Assembly (NCBI GenBank): GCA_032718475.1
Contig: JAUCBJ010007421.1
Span: 1 to 33,423 of the forward strand
DNA length: 33,423 nucleotides
Origin: Nemertoderma westbladi
Taxonomy: Eukaryota; Animalia; Xenacoelomorpha
Direction of reading: 5' to 3'
The notes beneath the pieces are model-generated. The model was not told the DNA's origin, did no database searches, and saw only the letters and a program-made list of their open reading frames with translations. The translations under genes and the position numbers were made by a program. Below, piece by piece: positions 9,047 to 21,910 of the stretch (the first letter of the stretch is position 1; each line of letters starts with the position of its first letter).

Positions 9047-10642
9047 CTATTGAGTTAATGTTTGAAGGTTTCCCGATGTCTGCAACCCTGAGTCTAAACG
9101 TCCCGTAACCCCTTGTGATTGTGTCTCGCCAGACTCTGGCCTCCAGTCGGTAGGAAAGTAACGGTATCTCTGGGTCAGGACCGCGTCCCTAAAGTCTCCG
9201 AACAATCGGTTCATATAGGAACGTCTTCTGGGCCACCAGCCCTCCAGGAAGGCTAGATGACTCCCGGACCACGTGGTTACCATGCCTATGTGGTGACCCG
9301 CGCCCCACAACCGCCAGCGATTGGGCCACGACTCCGTAGGCGAGAATCTATCGCGCTCGGATAGGAGAAGCAACGTGGGGACATGAATCCGGGACAAGGT
9401 TTGCGGCGACACTTCCATGTCCCGGTACATTATTCCGACGTCTGTCCCGTTTAGCGGGGCCAGTACGTGTCGGTCATACACGTAGAGTTTCAGGGTCCGT
9501 CGAGCCGACTTGTAGTTCTCTATTCCGATTTTATCGGTAATTTCAGCGCGGTTTTTTCGTAGGAATTTCGATAAATGCCGCGTGAAAGCGGCGTCGAGGA
9601 ATAGTCGGTCCCATAGCGGGACAATCCGGAAGCGGGAGTCCCCACGAAGGGACATGGATGTCCCCTGGTGGTCGAGAACAGGGGATCCAAGGAAACAGCC
9701 TGTAAGCGGACAACGGCGCTCCTTTTCCGACATGTAATGTATTGCGGTTAAACAGCCGTGAGAGAAAGCGCCTAGAAAGAGCGGCGCTTCTGGGAAGCGC
9801 GATCGTACGTGATCTACAGCGGAGGAGAGATCGGCAGTGCGGTGCGGGACGGTTGGCAGGTCGTGGCGCTTAATAACGCAGACGCGGCAGCCAGCGCGTC
9901 GAGATTGGCGCGCGAGTTGCGTTATATAGGGGGAGCGGGAGTCGCCAGTGAGACCAGGGAGTAGGAGCACTACAGGCGCGTTAGCAGGATCCACAGACAG
10001 CCAATCCAACGCCAACCCCTCGCTAATGTACTCCCTCGTGTACCAGTTCCAGTACTGTTTCTTCCATATGTTAGAAGCTATAAACATGGTGCAAGGACCC
10101 CCCACCCACGGCGTTGGTCTGTATACTGTCTCGCTAGCTGCAGGCACTTGTTGCTCCACTAACTGCCGCATATTGGAACTACCGTAACCTCGTCGGATCG
10201 ACTTTGTGTGGCAGTAATGGGTGATAGCAGCGGCGGGGAATATTCCCAAGAAAAATGGTGTCGGTAGTTTACCCAAGGGGTAACGCCAGCGGAAGTGCTG
10301 AAAAAACTGGGTTTCTTGGAAAGGTATCCAGAATCCACGCCATCGTTCTAAGATTGTTCCGTTGACTCGGAAAGGTTCGGGAACTAGTTTGGCGTATGTC
10401 CGGGAGTAAATATCTCGGAATCTATATGATTTCCAGTACCATCCGTCCAGAGTAAAGAGTCGCAGGTCCTGCGGTGTTGGGAATCGGTAGGGTTTTATTC
10501 GTTGCTTCGATTCTGTCGCACCAATGTTGTTACGTTTCTGGGCCTCTTTATTGTGGTCTTCAGGGGGAGTTTGGTCTGCTCCTTCCGTAGAATAACTCCT
10601 CCAAACACGTCTAATGTGTAATAGATTAAGGTTTAACATCAT
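9047..10642 (-). CDS. Alpha/beta hydrolase of the ABHD1/2/3 (YheT) family, closest in motifs to ABHD3/ABHD1; single coding exon
   Basis: PVVLLLPGLTGDS..Y motif, nucleophile elbow GAFSHG (Ser codon 9763-9761), acid motif IHVPTLLLLSERDRFSP and His motif GSHLAFLEGWWP. First ATG is at 10642; the track starts at a TTG at 10645. Confidence 0.88.
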   Translation of the reverse strand: MMLNLNLLHIRRVWRSYSTEGADQTPPEDHNKEAQKRNNIGATESKQRIKPYRFPTPQDLRLFTLDGWYWKSYRFRDIYSRTYAKLVPEPFRVNGTILERWRGFWIPFQETQFFQHFRWRYPLGKLPTPFFLGIFPAAAITHYCHTKSIRRGYGSSNMRQLVEQQVPAASETVYRPTPWVGGPCTMFIASNIWKKQYWNWYTREYISEGLALDWLSVDPANAPVVLLLPGLTGDSRSPYITQLARQSRRAGCRVCVIKRHDLPTVPHRTADLSSAVDHVRSRFPEAPLFLGAFSHGCLTAIHYMSEKERRCPLTGCFLGSPVLDHQGTSMSLRGDSRFRIVPLWDRLFLDAAFTRHLSKFLRKNRAEITDKIGIENYKSARRTLKLYVYDRHVLAPLNGTDVGIMYRDMEVSPQTLSRIHVPTLLLLSERDRFSPTESWPNRWRLWGAGHHIGMVTTWSGSHLAFLEGWWPRRRSYMNRLFGDFRDAVLTQRYRYFPTDWRPESGETQSQGVTGRLDSGLQTSGNLQTLTQ

Positions 10643-12592
10643 CAATAAGGATACCTAGGCCTATATCAGTATATTGGTATATTATATACAGATATAATAA
10701 TATTACCAGTCAGCCAGTATATAAAATAAGAATCAGGTCCTTCAAAGAAATAATTACCAATAGTATTCAAATATTTGTTATAAGAAGTGTACAGTTTTAT
10801 TCAGTGCTTCACTATTATGAGAGGAAAATATTCTCAAACGCTAACATGATTCAGTTATTATGATAGTACCGATATACATACTGACATACTGTTCTACTGT
10901 ACATGATGCAAGGAAGAGCATTGACAGTATTTGTTTGTATTTGAAATTGCCGCCTGATGAAACTAAACTCATTGGTATATTGGTAATGAATCAAATAGCT
11001 GCTGCAGTGCCAGTGAACCATTATCAGATGACGAGGTCTATGACAGTGATTATAACTAGAACGCCATCAAGGTGGCTTTAAACGAACCTGTCTTACACAG
11101 ACTCCAAGAAACAGATGGGATTGGAAGATGCAAACCAAGAATGACTTGCATCAACCAAAAAACTGCCTCCCATCTAATGTAATACACATTCGCCTAGGCA
11201 AACAAATCATAATCACAATTACTACGATGATGTGTGAAATGGTATCCATATCCGCAACCTGAGAAACGGCCCAAAAGAGCAGTTTATTCTGCGGAGGGGT
11301 CTTTTCTGTATTAGATAAATAAAATAAAGAACACTATAATTACAGTATTTATACCTGATACATTCTCAGTTAGCCTAATAAAAACATCGGAGCAACCAAT
11401 ATAATGTACATGTACAAGCATCCTATGAAAGTTTGTGAAATGTTCCCTTAAGTCTACCCAACAGCCGTTGGTACCCGGCTGGCAGCCACCCTGGTTCAGT
11501 TTTATGGTTTTGTTAGTTTAATCGACAGCTGTTGTAAACGTCCCAGATATACAAAACCTACTAAGCCTTTGCATTCCAATTGAGCTTAGCCTAAGTTGAT
11601 GACAGTATTATAACGATGACAATTAGGCCCTATAGATACATACGATATATAAATGATGTACTGCTTGACATTACACTAACTGGCTGAATAGAGATAGAAC
11701 TATAATAATACGTTTGGCATTCTGTCAGATTTCAGTAGTAAGTAACCTCATAATAATTGCTAAATATCAATCACCTGAAAAACATTTCAAGCAAGGGAGT
11801 TGTGGGTATTTAATTTCGCGTTCAATAATGTTGAAAATATGCAAATATTTCGAATATCGCACTTCGAATCGTTCCCAACTTTTTTATTCAACAACTAGAC
11901 AACAATTGATAAATACTTGCGTTTACAATTTTACAATGCATGCAAGTGGTTTCAAGCCATTTGGTGAACATACATAGTGACATATATAGTGATATAGGTA
12001 AATATATATATCCATCGTGTTTTTGCCGGCCTCAGCTTTAGACAAAAACTACCCAGTCTAAAGACAGGTTCGTTATAAAAGGAAAAATGTATATAGCGCA
12101 ATTTAACAGAGATATAGAGATCAAGGGGCCTTTAAAAACAGGCTTATCAATATAAATACATAAGATTCTATACCATCAATAAATTAAGTAAAAATTGAGT
12201 TATGAAATACTACTCGTATACTGTACTACCCAAACAAATGTGTTTTTTAACCCCCGTTTAAAAGGTTCAATAGAAGATCCATGGGATAGATCCATACGTA
12301 ATAAGTTCGAAATACAAGGTGCGGCATATGAAAACAGGAAAATAATGATGGCATGTCGTAGTCTAACTCCCCCAACTGGGGACGCATCAATCCTTGGATA
12401 CGCGAACGTGCGAACTTTGTTATGTTACGCAAGTTTGAAATAAGTTAGAATTGATCTGGAGTCAAACGTTCGAGAGGTATTTGCCCGTAACTTTAAAAAA
12501 TATTGTAACTTTTTCTTTAGTATTTCCATACAAAATTTGGTTGAAAATGGTTAAAATCTTCAAAAAGTTATTTACGAATGAATTTTTAAATC

Positions 12593-12650
12593 CAGACGGA
12601 CAGACACACAGACAGTCAGACAGACAGAGAGACAAACAGACAGTCGGACA
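12593..12650. repeat. (GACA)n imperfect microsatellite, probably inside a dispersed non-autonomous element
   Basis: CAGACGGACAGACACACAGACAGTCAGACAGACAG... The nearby motif CGTGGCTCGCCCC (~12712-12724) recurs inverted at ~16208-16222, next to a degenerate TCTG/TCTC tract. Confidence 0.7.
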
Positions 12651-13860
12651 TTAAATTTTGCCCTATTTACTAATTATAATTGTGCTCTAAGGCTCACCCC
12701 GACTGCGACTGCGTGGCTCGCCCCACATGGCACATATACCCCGATCTCTAAAAGTTCAGAGAGATAAATGGGGGCCATATTATAATAAATAAATTATAAT
12801 GATTTATATTTTATTATAATTTTCACTGTAGTTCGGTTAGTTCCGGGAGATTCAGTAAGAAGGCATTGATATGTCAACAAAGTTACATCATTTCATTTAC
12901 TTCCAATGTATTTATTATAATTGTTTTGTTATTCGCAATAGTAAATACTACAACGTATTACGATCATCTAATAATTATAAATATTATTTTGAAAGAGTTT
13001 CGAAGTGTTATGTAATATCTAAAAAAAATAGCACAAAAATTACAATTAACTGAATTGCATAATAGTGGAAAATATTTGTTATGAAGGCGCACGAAATCAC
13101 AAAACCGCAGATATGGCCGCTCACTAACAATAGACATTACATTGTAAAGGATGTCTATGACGACGCGTAATAGATTTGATTTTATAATAATTCGAATTTG
13201 AAACATTACTTTATTTACTTTACAATATTTTACTGTCGTGCATGTAATATGTTTCAAGTAACCAAACCTATTTGGGGTGGTAATGATAATAACTAAACAA
13301 TGTAGGCCTACTAGTTGTACGAGTGGGTAGTGGGATGTTAGGCATAGGCCAGCACAGCAGTACCGGTAGAGAAACTGTTTCACTTTCGTTTCTGCACTTT
13401 TAATGCATTTTGACAAAGAAACAACCACCTTGTTCCTGTGCCGAGTTCGCAATAAAGAAACCAAATCTCGGATTGCAATCGCTGTCACCAAAGCTCTGTC
13501 GACAACGAGTTCGTACAGGATAGAAATAAAGAATCCACTGGTAGATAAATCGTCTGTTTAGTATCATTGTAAATAATTATAACAATTTAATCTGAATTAT
13601 TAAAGTAGTTCTCTACAACTCGATTCGAATAAATAATGTTTCAGTTTCAAATTAAATTAATTCATACGGTACATAATTCCACTTGATACGATAATAGATC
13701 TCGCCTCTATTATTATGTTCGTTATGCTCGAATTCTAAAAAGACGGTCACAGTAATCAAATAAAGTGTTAAATACTCGCCATAAAGCCTTTGTATGCCTA
13801 TTAAAATTGTTAGGCGAACTGCAAAAATTAAGCGGCTAATAGACTTATATTATAATCTTA

Positions 13861-14799
13861 TCAAGAAGGTGTATTATATGTAGATGCGAAACTTCTAAGG
13901 AGACCTCTAACGGCGTCATTGGTAGTGAAACTAACGCCAGCAGCAATGGGGCCCTTGATCCAGTTCATACTCAACCCTTTAAACATCCCTCTTATAAACC
14001 CCTCTGTCCGGTATATGTGTCTCGCCGTGGCGATAGTCCCTCGGTGGCTGACTAGCTCGGTAAGTCCGCCCGTCTGCATCCGTCGGCGGACAACGTCCAA
14101 CGGGTAGGAAATCGACTGCCCGGCGAACCCCGCGAGCGCACCGAACACCAGTCTCCATAGCAACCCAGGTTCGGTACCCCGCAGCCGACTGTACTCTAAC
14201 TGACACGTCTCGTACGTGTAGAAGGCCGTACCCCCGTACGGTAGTTGGCCCAATAACGTCGGAATGTAACCCCTAAACAGGAGTTTAAAATTATTAAAGT
14301 TTTTACATTCAGTAAAAACATGACCAATGTGTTTGTATCGTGTGGATGTTGTTACAGCCATCCTGGCTCGCGCTGTATCCAACGGATACGTAAAGAAAGA
14401 TGCAGTAACTCCGGCCAGCGAGCCGGCTAGAAACCGATGTATGGACGGCAGGTGTCTGGAATCCCTCCTCATTCCGTTGTATTCTAGCAACCAGGATTTA
14501 TATTGTTCGTGGGAGGCGTACTGTAGAGCGCTGTACGGTACAACGCGAACCAAAGTAGCAGTGTTTCCCCGCCATAGTCGGGAGAAACCTTCGTTCTTGT
14601 AGATATTCACTAGAGTTCGAAAAGCCGCTCGATAGGTGAATCTCGTAGAAGAAGTCTGGAAGATAATCTTAGTTCTATCCAGAGGGGCTATCGTGGTTTT
14701 CGCAAGCGAACCGGCGACCGCGCCCGAAGCCAGCGCTGTCGATACAACCGCCCATTTGGATAAGGAGTTAGAATCATCAGGCGCTGCCGTGGGTGTCAT
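13861..14799 (-). CDS. SLC25A42: Mitochondrial coenzyme A carrier (SLC25A42-like); single coding exon
   Basis: Three carrier repeats with PLDRTK, PLDTAR and PLDVVR signatures. Subfamily motifs AKTTIAPLDRTKIIFQ, LWRGNTATLVRVVPYSALQYASHEQYK and KGLSMNWIKGPIAAGVSFT. Confidence 0.95.
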   Translation of the reverse strand: MTPTAAPDDSNSLSKWAVVSTALASGAVAGSLAKTTIAPLDRTKIIFQTSSTRFTYRAAFRTLVNIYKNEGFSRLWRGNTATLVRVVPYSALQYASHEQYKSWLLEYNGMRRDSRHLPSIHRFLAGSLAGVTASFFTYPLDTARARMAVTTSTRYKHIGHVFTECKNFNNFKLLFRGYIPTLLGQLPYGGTAFYTYETCQLEYSRLRGTEPGLLWRLVFGALAGFAGQSISYPLDVVRRRMQTGGLTELVSHRGTIATARHIYRTEGFIRGMFKGLSMNWIKGPIAAGVSFTTNDAVRGLLRSFASTYNTPS

Positions 14800-15070
14800 T
14801 GTAAGTAAATTATTTATTAATATTATTGACTACATTTTACATCTTCCAGTTATGATTCTGTATGTATGAACTATAGCTACTACTACTACTGTACTTAAGG
14901 TTACCTCTCCCTTCCCTGCTCGGCTGCTCCCCACTTCACTGTGTACACAGTGAATACACCGGTACCGGTAGTGTTATGTAGTTCTGGTCAGTATAATACC
15001 ATCAAATTTCCCTCCAATGCAAATACTACTGTAATGTAATGACCAATCATCTGTGACTGGTGACTGCAGC

Positions 15071-15137
15071 CAGTGGCGTCGCGAGGGTTTCAAGCGCCCG
15101 GGGGCCAATATGAACCCCCCCCCCCCCCCCCCCCCCC
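15071..15137 (+). mobile_element. Possible orphan hAT-type MITE terminus with poly-C
   Basis: CAGTGGCGTCGCGAGGG...GCGCCCGGGGGCC...poly-C resembles common CAGTGGCG hAT-MITE ends. No partner end found. Confidence 0.3.
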
Positions 15138-16889
15138 ATAAAAATTCAACAAGTATTTAAGAATATTATTACATTTTGTTTCTAAAATAATATAATAATT
15201 CTGTTATACTGTATACATAACATACGCTACACAATTAGAAATCATACAGTAACTTAACTACATGTAACAATGTGTAACAGAGTGTAAGATGTAAACCAAT
15301 GAGATAAAAATTACAACGCGTTTATTAAATACTCAAATTCGCGGGAAATTCAATCACAGATACGAGAGAAAGGGATTGTAAAATACAAGATAAGGTAATA
15401 TTGTCAACAAGGCACTCCCTGCAGCTCCGCGCCCCCTCCCCTGGACTAGAAGGAACCTGGCTAGTGGCTCGCTATTACTGTACATATTTGGTGGAATTTA
15501 TAAGTTAGTGTCACTGCGGCTACCGCGGCTTATATTGGATTCCCCCTAAATTTGGTCTCATTTAGGAGCCCTGAGTTGGAAATACACCACTTCGGGGGCT
15601 TTTTCCTATTAGTGAAAGTGAAAAAATTATTACTTATATAGTACTTATTCCTGATTAAAAATTGTGCTCCAATTTACATACAAAGTCTGACAGCTGATAA
15701 TATCTAAACTCGGCGAATTAAATATCTTGCCTCAATGTAAAATTCACAATTTAGGGAAAGGAGCTGGTTACTAGATTACAGTAGCACGTTGGTTATTCTA
15801 ACCAAAACAATAAATTCAACTCAATACTGTAGAACGAACAGCTTACAGTTTTATTTTTGGGAGTAATCATAGCTGTTATGATTTTCCTCTGGAGAGGGGT
15901 GAATTTTTATTGCGTCGAAAGACCCCCCTCCCCCCATCTGGGAAAATGAACAGGTTTGCTCGTTGGTCGTGGAGCTGAATTCCACGATTTTGCAGCTGGT
16001 TTTTCAATCGAGTTAGGTGGCAAAGCAAAGTTACCCCGTTTCAGTCAGCTACAATATAACAACATTACTTGGAGTAAAGATAGATTCCGATAGTGAGGCT
16101 CGTATGGAGCGACGTAAATGACCGCCACAGATGGATCACTCAGTTATCACCTACGTAATATCATTCAAATCAGATGCCACCTAAGCAACCACAACACGAA
16201 GATGCTTGAGGGGCGAGCCACGAAAGTAAGCGAGGTTAGCATACGGGTACCTCTATCTCTACCTGTGTGTCTTTCGATCTGTAGATCCCAATATTTAAAC
16301 GTTAATAACTCATCAAATCTCCGATGAAATCTAACCAAACTTGGTACACAAATAGTCGAGCCACTCGAGCAAAAAAGGTCGGCTGCTCCATGCCGAATCC
16401 CAGCAAGTGAAAAAATTTAATTTTGAGAAAATCACATTTGAAGTTGTTCATATTGAAACTGAACGCATTTAGTTATATTGCCTGAGATTTACAATGTACG
16501 TACAACAGTAAATCTGAACTTACATAAAGTTTGAAAATTAATATTTCTCTTAAAATGCATATTCACGGTTTTGTTATGGGGTAAGCATAACTTGTCATAT
16601 TGATAGTTTAATTAAATCCCAGTAACTTACAGTCTTTCTGACAATAGTGTTTCAAAACCCAGTATTTGCGTCAAATTTATTATTAGCAAACAATACTACT
16701 TTCAATATTGAGGAAGTCTTATTTTAGTGTAATGTTTGCTAACACAAATAAGGGGAGGGGGAACATTCAAAATTAAGCATTTAAAATTCAAACTTGTATC
16801 TAAAAATATACTCCAAATAACAGCTGAATACAATATAAAATTGATTGACGGTTTTGTTAAATTTCTTAAATACAGTTTTGGATACATGT

Positions 16890-17100
16890 TCTGGACTCGA
16901 TAGTAACAAAACACCAACGCATCTGTATTGAGCTACCCCGCGGGAATCTAAATGATATTAGGAGTGAACGAGTGCCACCAATTCGACACATTGACACTGA
17001 TACGCTCGAATCAGCTCTTAACCCCGCTGAGTTTGAAGCAGCAGTTGCTGGCGGCCCCGACTCTACATGCAAATATCAGAAGTATCACATCAGAAGTATT
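16890..17100 (+). mobile_element. Probable upstream fragment of a LINE (pre-RT region), likely belonging with the 19914 fragment
   Basis: Translates ...DTLESALNPAEFEAAVAGGPDS, resembling the E..A.....(KA)xGPD motif that precedes non-LTR RT domains, with an internal deletion. Confidence 0.4.
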
Positions 17101-17109
17101 ATAAGAAAC

Positions 17110-19908
17110 TTATCAAATTAAAGAAGGGGCCTCGCCGACAAAAGAACACAAATTAATCCTTGATTGCGAATCTGATCGAGGACAATTCTGGAATCTAACA
17201 AAGGGAAGGAGAGGTTCCTGTGATTCACAGCAGGTTACTTCAGAACAATGGTCAGAACATTTCTCACCATTATATAAAGCGGCCGATGATCCTGTACTTC
17301 CAGACTTGCCTGCCCAACCAAGCCACGAACTGGACCAGGCGATAGAATGACAATGACAATGACACTGACATTGGAAATGGATGAACGTTAGTAACAAGCT
17401 CAGCAGTAAGAAACTCGGCCAATGCATCATCTGCTAAGTCCATTTGCACTTAAGACCCTAAACAACATCGAATCTATAAATTCCAGGGTTATGATCGCAA
17501 CATTTGATGGGAATCCCAAGGCAAGAGTATATGTTGCTAAAGTCCAACCAATGCCTCAGAGCCAAAACAAGCAGTCAAGTTTTATGAAGATCTGACTGGA
17601 CTTATAAAGGACATTCCGAAACACAATGATAAAGTCATTGCTGGTGACCCGAATGCGCAAATTGGCCCAGAAGACATCAAGGGTTACACCTATAACACCA
17701 ACTGCGAGGCATACAGCTCGTTCAACCTAATTGGTTCGGACCACAGAATTGTGACTGCAGAGATCAGACTCAGTTTGAGAGCCAGCAAACCCAGGACAAG
17801 CAAGCAAATCAACTATGACTGGGAGAAACTCAGAACTGACAATACTGTAAAGGATGCTTATACAATAGAAGTTCAAAACCGCTTTGAAGAACTTCAGTCA
17901 ATGGATGAAGACCAATCCACCGATTCAATATACCAGGATATAATAACAGTCCACAAGGAATCAGATAAGAGGCATATCCCCCAGAAACCCAAACGAAAAC
18001 AGTATGTCCCATGGCAAAACTCTGAGGTTACTTGTAAGAGAGAAGATCTTAAGATAGCCTACAAAGTTAAAACCGAACAACCAACAACCGAAAACATTAA
18101 CAAGGTTGAGAAAGCTAAGGACGATCTCAAATTGGCCTACAACATCAGCCAGGAAAAGTACATACAGGACAAAACTGAAGCAATTACAACTGCTCACATA
18201 CTGCAACAATCAAGACTTACCTGGCAAACTGTAAACGAGGTATCTGGTCGGAAAAGTTGTGCAATGGGGCGCCTCAAAGCCGATAGTCCTGAAGAACGTG
18301 TTGGGAAGTGGAAAAATCACTTCAGCAACTTGCTTGGACAGCCACCAAACATCGAGGTCAGCCCTACAAGGAAAATATATGACAAGACACTACCTATAGA
18401 AACAGGGGACTTCACACCTGCTGAACTCCAAAGAAGCATTAAAAGCATGTCCAATAATAAAGCGAGTGGATTAGATGAAATCCCAGCTGAGGTATGGAAA
18501 ACCGGAGTGCTAAACATACCATTATTGAATGTTTGCAACCGGATGTTAAAAGGGGAAAAGCCACCACCAATTTGGACTAAAGGTCAACTAAAGCCTCTCC
18601 CCAAGAAAAGAGACCTCGGCATACCAACAAACTATCGTGGGATCTGTCTGCTTGTGGTGGCTGCCAAAATATACAATAAAATGATTCTCTATAGGATTAG
18701 GCCTCACATAGAGAAACTACTGCGTAAGAGCCAAAACGGATTTCGACCAAGTAGATCAACAATAGCTCAGATACTTGCACTGATTGAAGGAATTAAGTCA
18801 AATAATCTCCCCGCAGTCATGACTTTTGTGGACTTCAAGAAGGCATTCGACTCCATCCATAGAGGTAAAATGCTTGAAATCCTAAGAGCTTATGGAATAC
18901 CAGAAGTAATTGTTGCTGGCATTGGATTGTTATATTGTGACACAGAAGCGCAGGTACTCTCACCAGATGGTGAAACTGAGTTTTTCTCAATCCTGGCTGG
19001 AGTACTGCAAGGTAACACATTAGCACCATTACTATTTGTAATTGTGCTGGATTACGCAATGAGGACGGCCACAAAGGGTGAAGATCTGGGATTCACACTT
19101 CAAGAACGCAGAAGTAATAGATATCCGGCAACTACAGTCACAGACACCGACTTTGCGGATGACATCGCCCTGCTCTCTAATACGCTAGCAGATGCACAGC
19201 TTCTACTAAATAAAGTAGAGAGGGCTGCTAAGGAGGTTGGATTGCATATAAATGGTACCAAGACCAAATTCATGGTCTTTAATGTTGATGGAAACTTGAC
19301 ACCCATTGATAATAATCAACTGAGGAAGGTCGATGACTTCCACTACCTTGAATCATGGATAGAGAGTAGCAAAAAGGACATAGAAGTTAGGAAAGCAAAG
19401 GCTTGGGTAGCTCTATCAAATGTTGCCATCTGGAAATTAGATCTCTCCAGGCACCTGAAGACTAAGTTCTTTAAGGCCACAGTGGAAAGTGTATTTTTAT
19501 ACGGGGGGTGAGACCTGGACACTGACTAAATCACTTGAACAACAAATTGATGGTTGCTACACAAGACTACTAAGGGCCAGCCCTAAACATCAGCTGGAGA
19601 CAACACATGACAAACGCCGAGCTTTATGGTACAATACCACCTGTATCAACCACCCTCCGTAAACGCAGATTAAGATTCAGTGGGCACTGCTGGCGAAGTA
19701 AAGAGGAGGTCATACCAGATCTACTTCTCTGGCAACCAACTCATGGAAAGCGTAGTCGTGGATGACTGGCCATAACATATATAGATCAACTTGAAAAGGA
19801 TACTGAACTTGGGAGAAACGAAATTGCGACAACTATGGAGAATCGGGAAGCCTGGAAGGATATCATTTCCACTGTCCGAGTTCGCTCGACCTAGTAGTAG
19901 TAGTAGTA
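17110..19908 (+). mobile_element. RTE-clade non-LTR retrotransposon, near full length but defective (APE endonuclease + RT)
   Basis: Broken endonuclease motifs (GNG*TLVTSSAVRNSANA, ATFDGNP, SPTN, IPKHN..IAGDPNAQIG, SDHRIV). RT ORF 17751..19511 has KASGLDEI, NYRGI, QNGFR, FVDFKKAFDS, GVLQGNTLAP and FADD. Frameshifted C-terminus ETWTLTK...RLRFSGHCWR. (TAG)n tail at 19892-19908. The 5' boundary is approximate. Confidence 0.93.
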
Positions 19909-19913
19909 TATAA

Positions 19914-20990
19914 ATGAATATAGTAGGCGTCATCCAGGGAGACAAATTGTCACCCCTGCTATTTAGCCTTTTCGTGGCTGACCTCCCATGCATAATTATC
20001 TCTGCGGGCTGCTTATTACTCATGTATGGAGATGATGTAGCCATCACTGGTACCGCGATTGAAGAATTCGAGGCCACGATGGATAACCTCGCTGATTACT
20101 GCAATGTTAACGGTCTGACAGTGAATCTCAAAAAGACCAAAGTTGTCAAATTCAGGCGTGGCGGTCACCTCTCAAAGAACGACAAGATTTTGTTCAAAAA
20201 TGTTCCCCTGGAGTTCGTAAATTCCTTCGAATATCTTGGAATACTGCTCTCAACCAAAAACGGATCGGCCGATCATTTTTTGCATCTACATAGCAGAGGA
20301 GTTTCCGCCTGCATGTGTCTAGCATCGAAAGTTAAGCTGACCTCGATCTCAGTTGAGACTGCTAAGAAACTGTGGTTAACAGTCATCCTGCCCGCTGTTT
20401 CCTATGGGTGCTCGATTTTTACAGACTCAGACCCAGGTTCGTTAAATCACACATACAAAGTTCGAGGATTCTTCTGGAAACTTTGGTGTGGGCGTGGGGT
20501 CTCGAAATTCTCATCAACATCTGCTATCTTAGGTGCTATAGACAACCCTGATTCAGCCGCAAGGTTGATCTCCATAATGTAACAGGCCATCGCCGCCGGG
20601 CTGCGGCTTTGCTACTATCTAACGGATGCCACCATAAGTACTGTATGAAGGAAAACTGTTGGCGTCCAGAGATTGATTGTATCTGTGGTCTGTGCCACTC
20701 TAGCTCATCAGCCATCCATCACTACCGAACCTGCCCGAGTCTACCGAACTTTGAGACTCCCTTACGTTGCGCATTCTTCATTTTAGATCTATAATTATAA
20801 CTTTAGCTTACACGAATTCTAGGCGACGCTAAAGTTTTGTCTACTGTTACCTTTCGATTTTATTATATTACTGTACTTACTAACTGTCCCTGATTTAATT
20901 TCAGAAATTTAGTAAGTTTGTTTTAATTAATTGGTTATTGTGTGTATATATACTTAATTGCCTTGTAAAACTTCCGATGGATTTGGAAAT
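19914..20990 (+). mobile_element. 3' portion of a second non-LTR retrotransposon (RT C-terminal half, Cys/His-rich tail and 3' UTR); clade not assigned
   Basis: GVIQGDKLSPLLFSLF, YGDD, VNLKKTKVV and FEYLG motifs, then a disrupted CHHKYC...CICGLC...HHYRTC. The AT-rich 3' UTR end is approximate. Confidence 0.85.
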
Positions 20991-21859
20991 TAAACGCCGA
21001 TTTCAAATACAGTTTTTGTGATAGAATCGCTCAATTTTAATTTGTGTCTCATAACCTATTCTCGTGCTGCGCGAAGGCCCCACAAACGTGTAAATTCGCT
21101 CAAAATATGACCATCACGGGTTGATAACAACAACGTTCAGCCTATTATATTGTCTACCAGACCAGTCCATTCATTAGACGACTCAAATAAGCACAAAATT
21201 CTTGCGCACGCATCATAACGAGTTGCAACGCGCTGCAACCAACATTGGCTTCCCGTTCACTACCGAATTGATTATAAGATAGCATTACTCACATGAATAG
21301 CGGTAAATTGTCTAGCCGCAATTGTACTCTAAATATTTGGCGCATGAACGTTTATGCAGCTACACCTACACGGTTTTTAATACATTTGCCATTTTCAAAC
21401 CACTCCACCGATCTGACAACCTTTCGCAGCCTATTAAGCTATATTTTCGGACACAATTTTTAGAATTATTGGTAACAGCGGTTTAGAACTGATACTTATT
21501 AAAAGCGCGTTATAAGTGCAACATTTATTATTATTAAAGTTAATGATTACTTTGCAGCGTACCGTCACATGGGGCGCTAACGCTGCTAACTAGACAGAAT
21601 AGCTGCCATAACCCAGTGACTTAATGTAACAAAACAACGAACATCATTGGATGTAAAGGGCGCTATTCTGGAGGATTAAGGATGAGCACATTCTACTGGA
21701 CGGAATGTGGTGGGGCGAGCCAGAAACTGTGAGCCATACGCGAACGGTTATTATTATACTATGGCCGTTGACAGTTCGTGTGTGGCGGATGCCAATAAAA
21801 TATTGTATGTGCCCAGTAAACACGTCTACCAACCACGGATTCACTTTGTGGGTTCGACT

Positions 21860-21910
21860 GTGGACTAACTCAGCATTGGATACAATGTATCCAATGCTGA
21901 GTTAGTCCAC
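21860..21910. repeat. Perfect 25-bp inverted repeat with a 1-nt spacer
   Basis: GTGGACTAACTCAGCATTGGATACA-A-TGTATCCAATGCTGAGTTAGTCCAC. Confidence 0.97.

Noticed and set aside
12964-13560. 175-aa minus-strand ORF or possible exon between SLC25A42 and the hydrolase
   Set aside because: No recognisable domain, a non-ATG start and an AT-rich low-information C-terminal half. An exon at about 13360-13555 cannot be excluded without RNA data.
17113-17430. Minus-strand ORF resembling a second secreted Cys-rich peptide (MMHWPSFLLLSLLL...CQCHCHC)
   Set aside because: Its 'signal peptide' is the antisense of the RTE endonuclease segment (TLVTSSAVRNSANA), and the CH repeat comes from a (TGACAA)n microrepeat. 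Most likely a shadow ORF.
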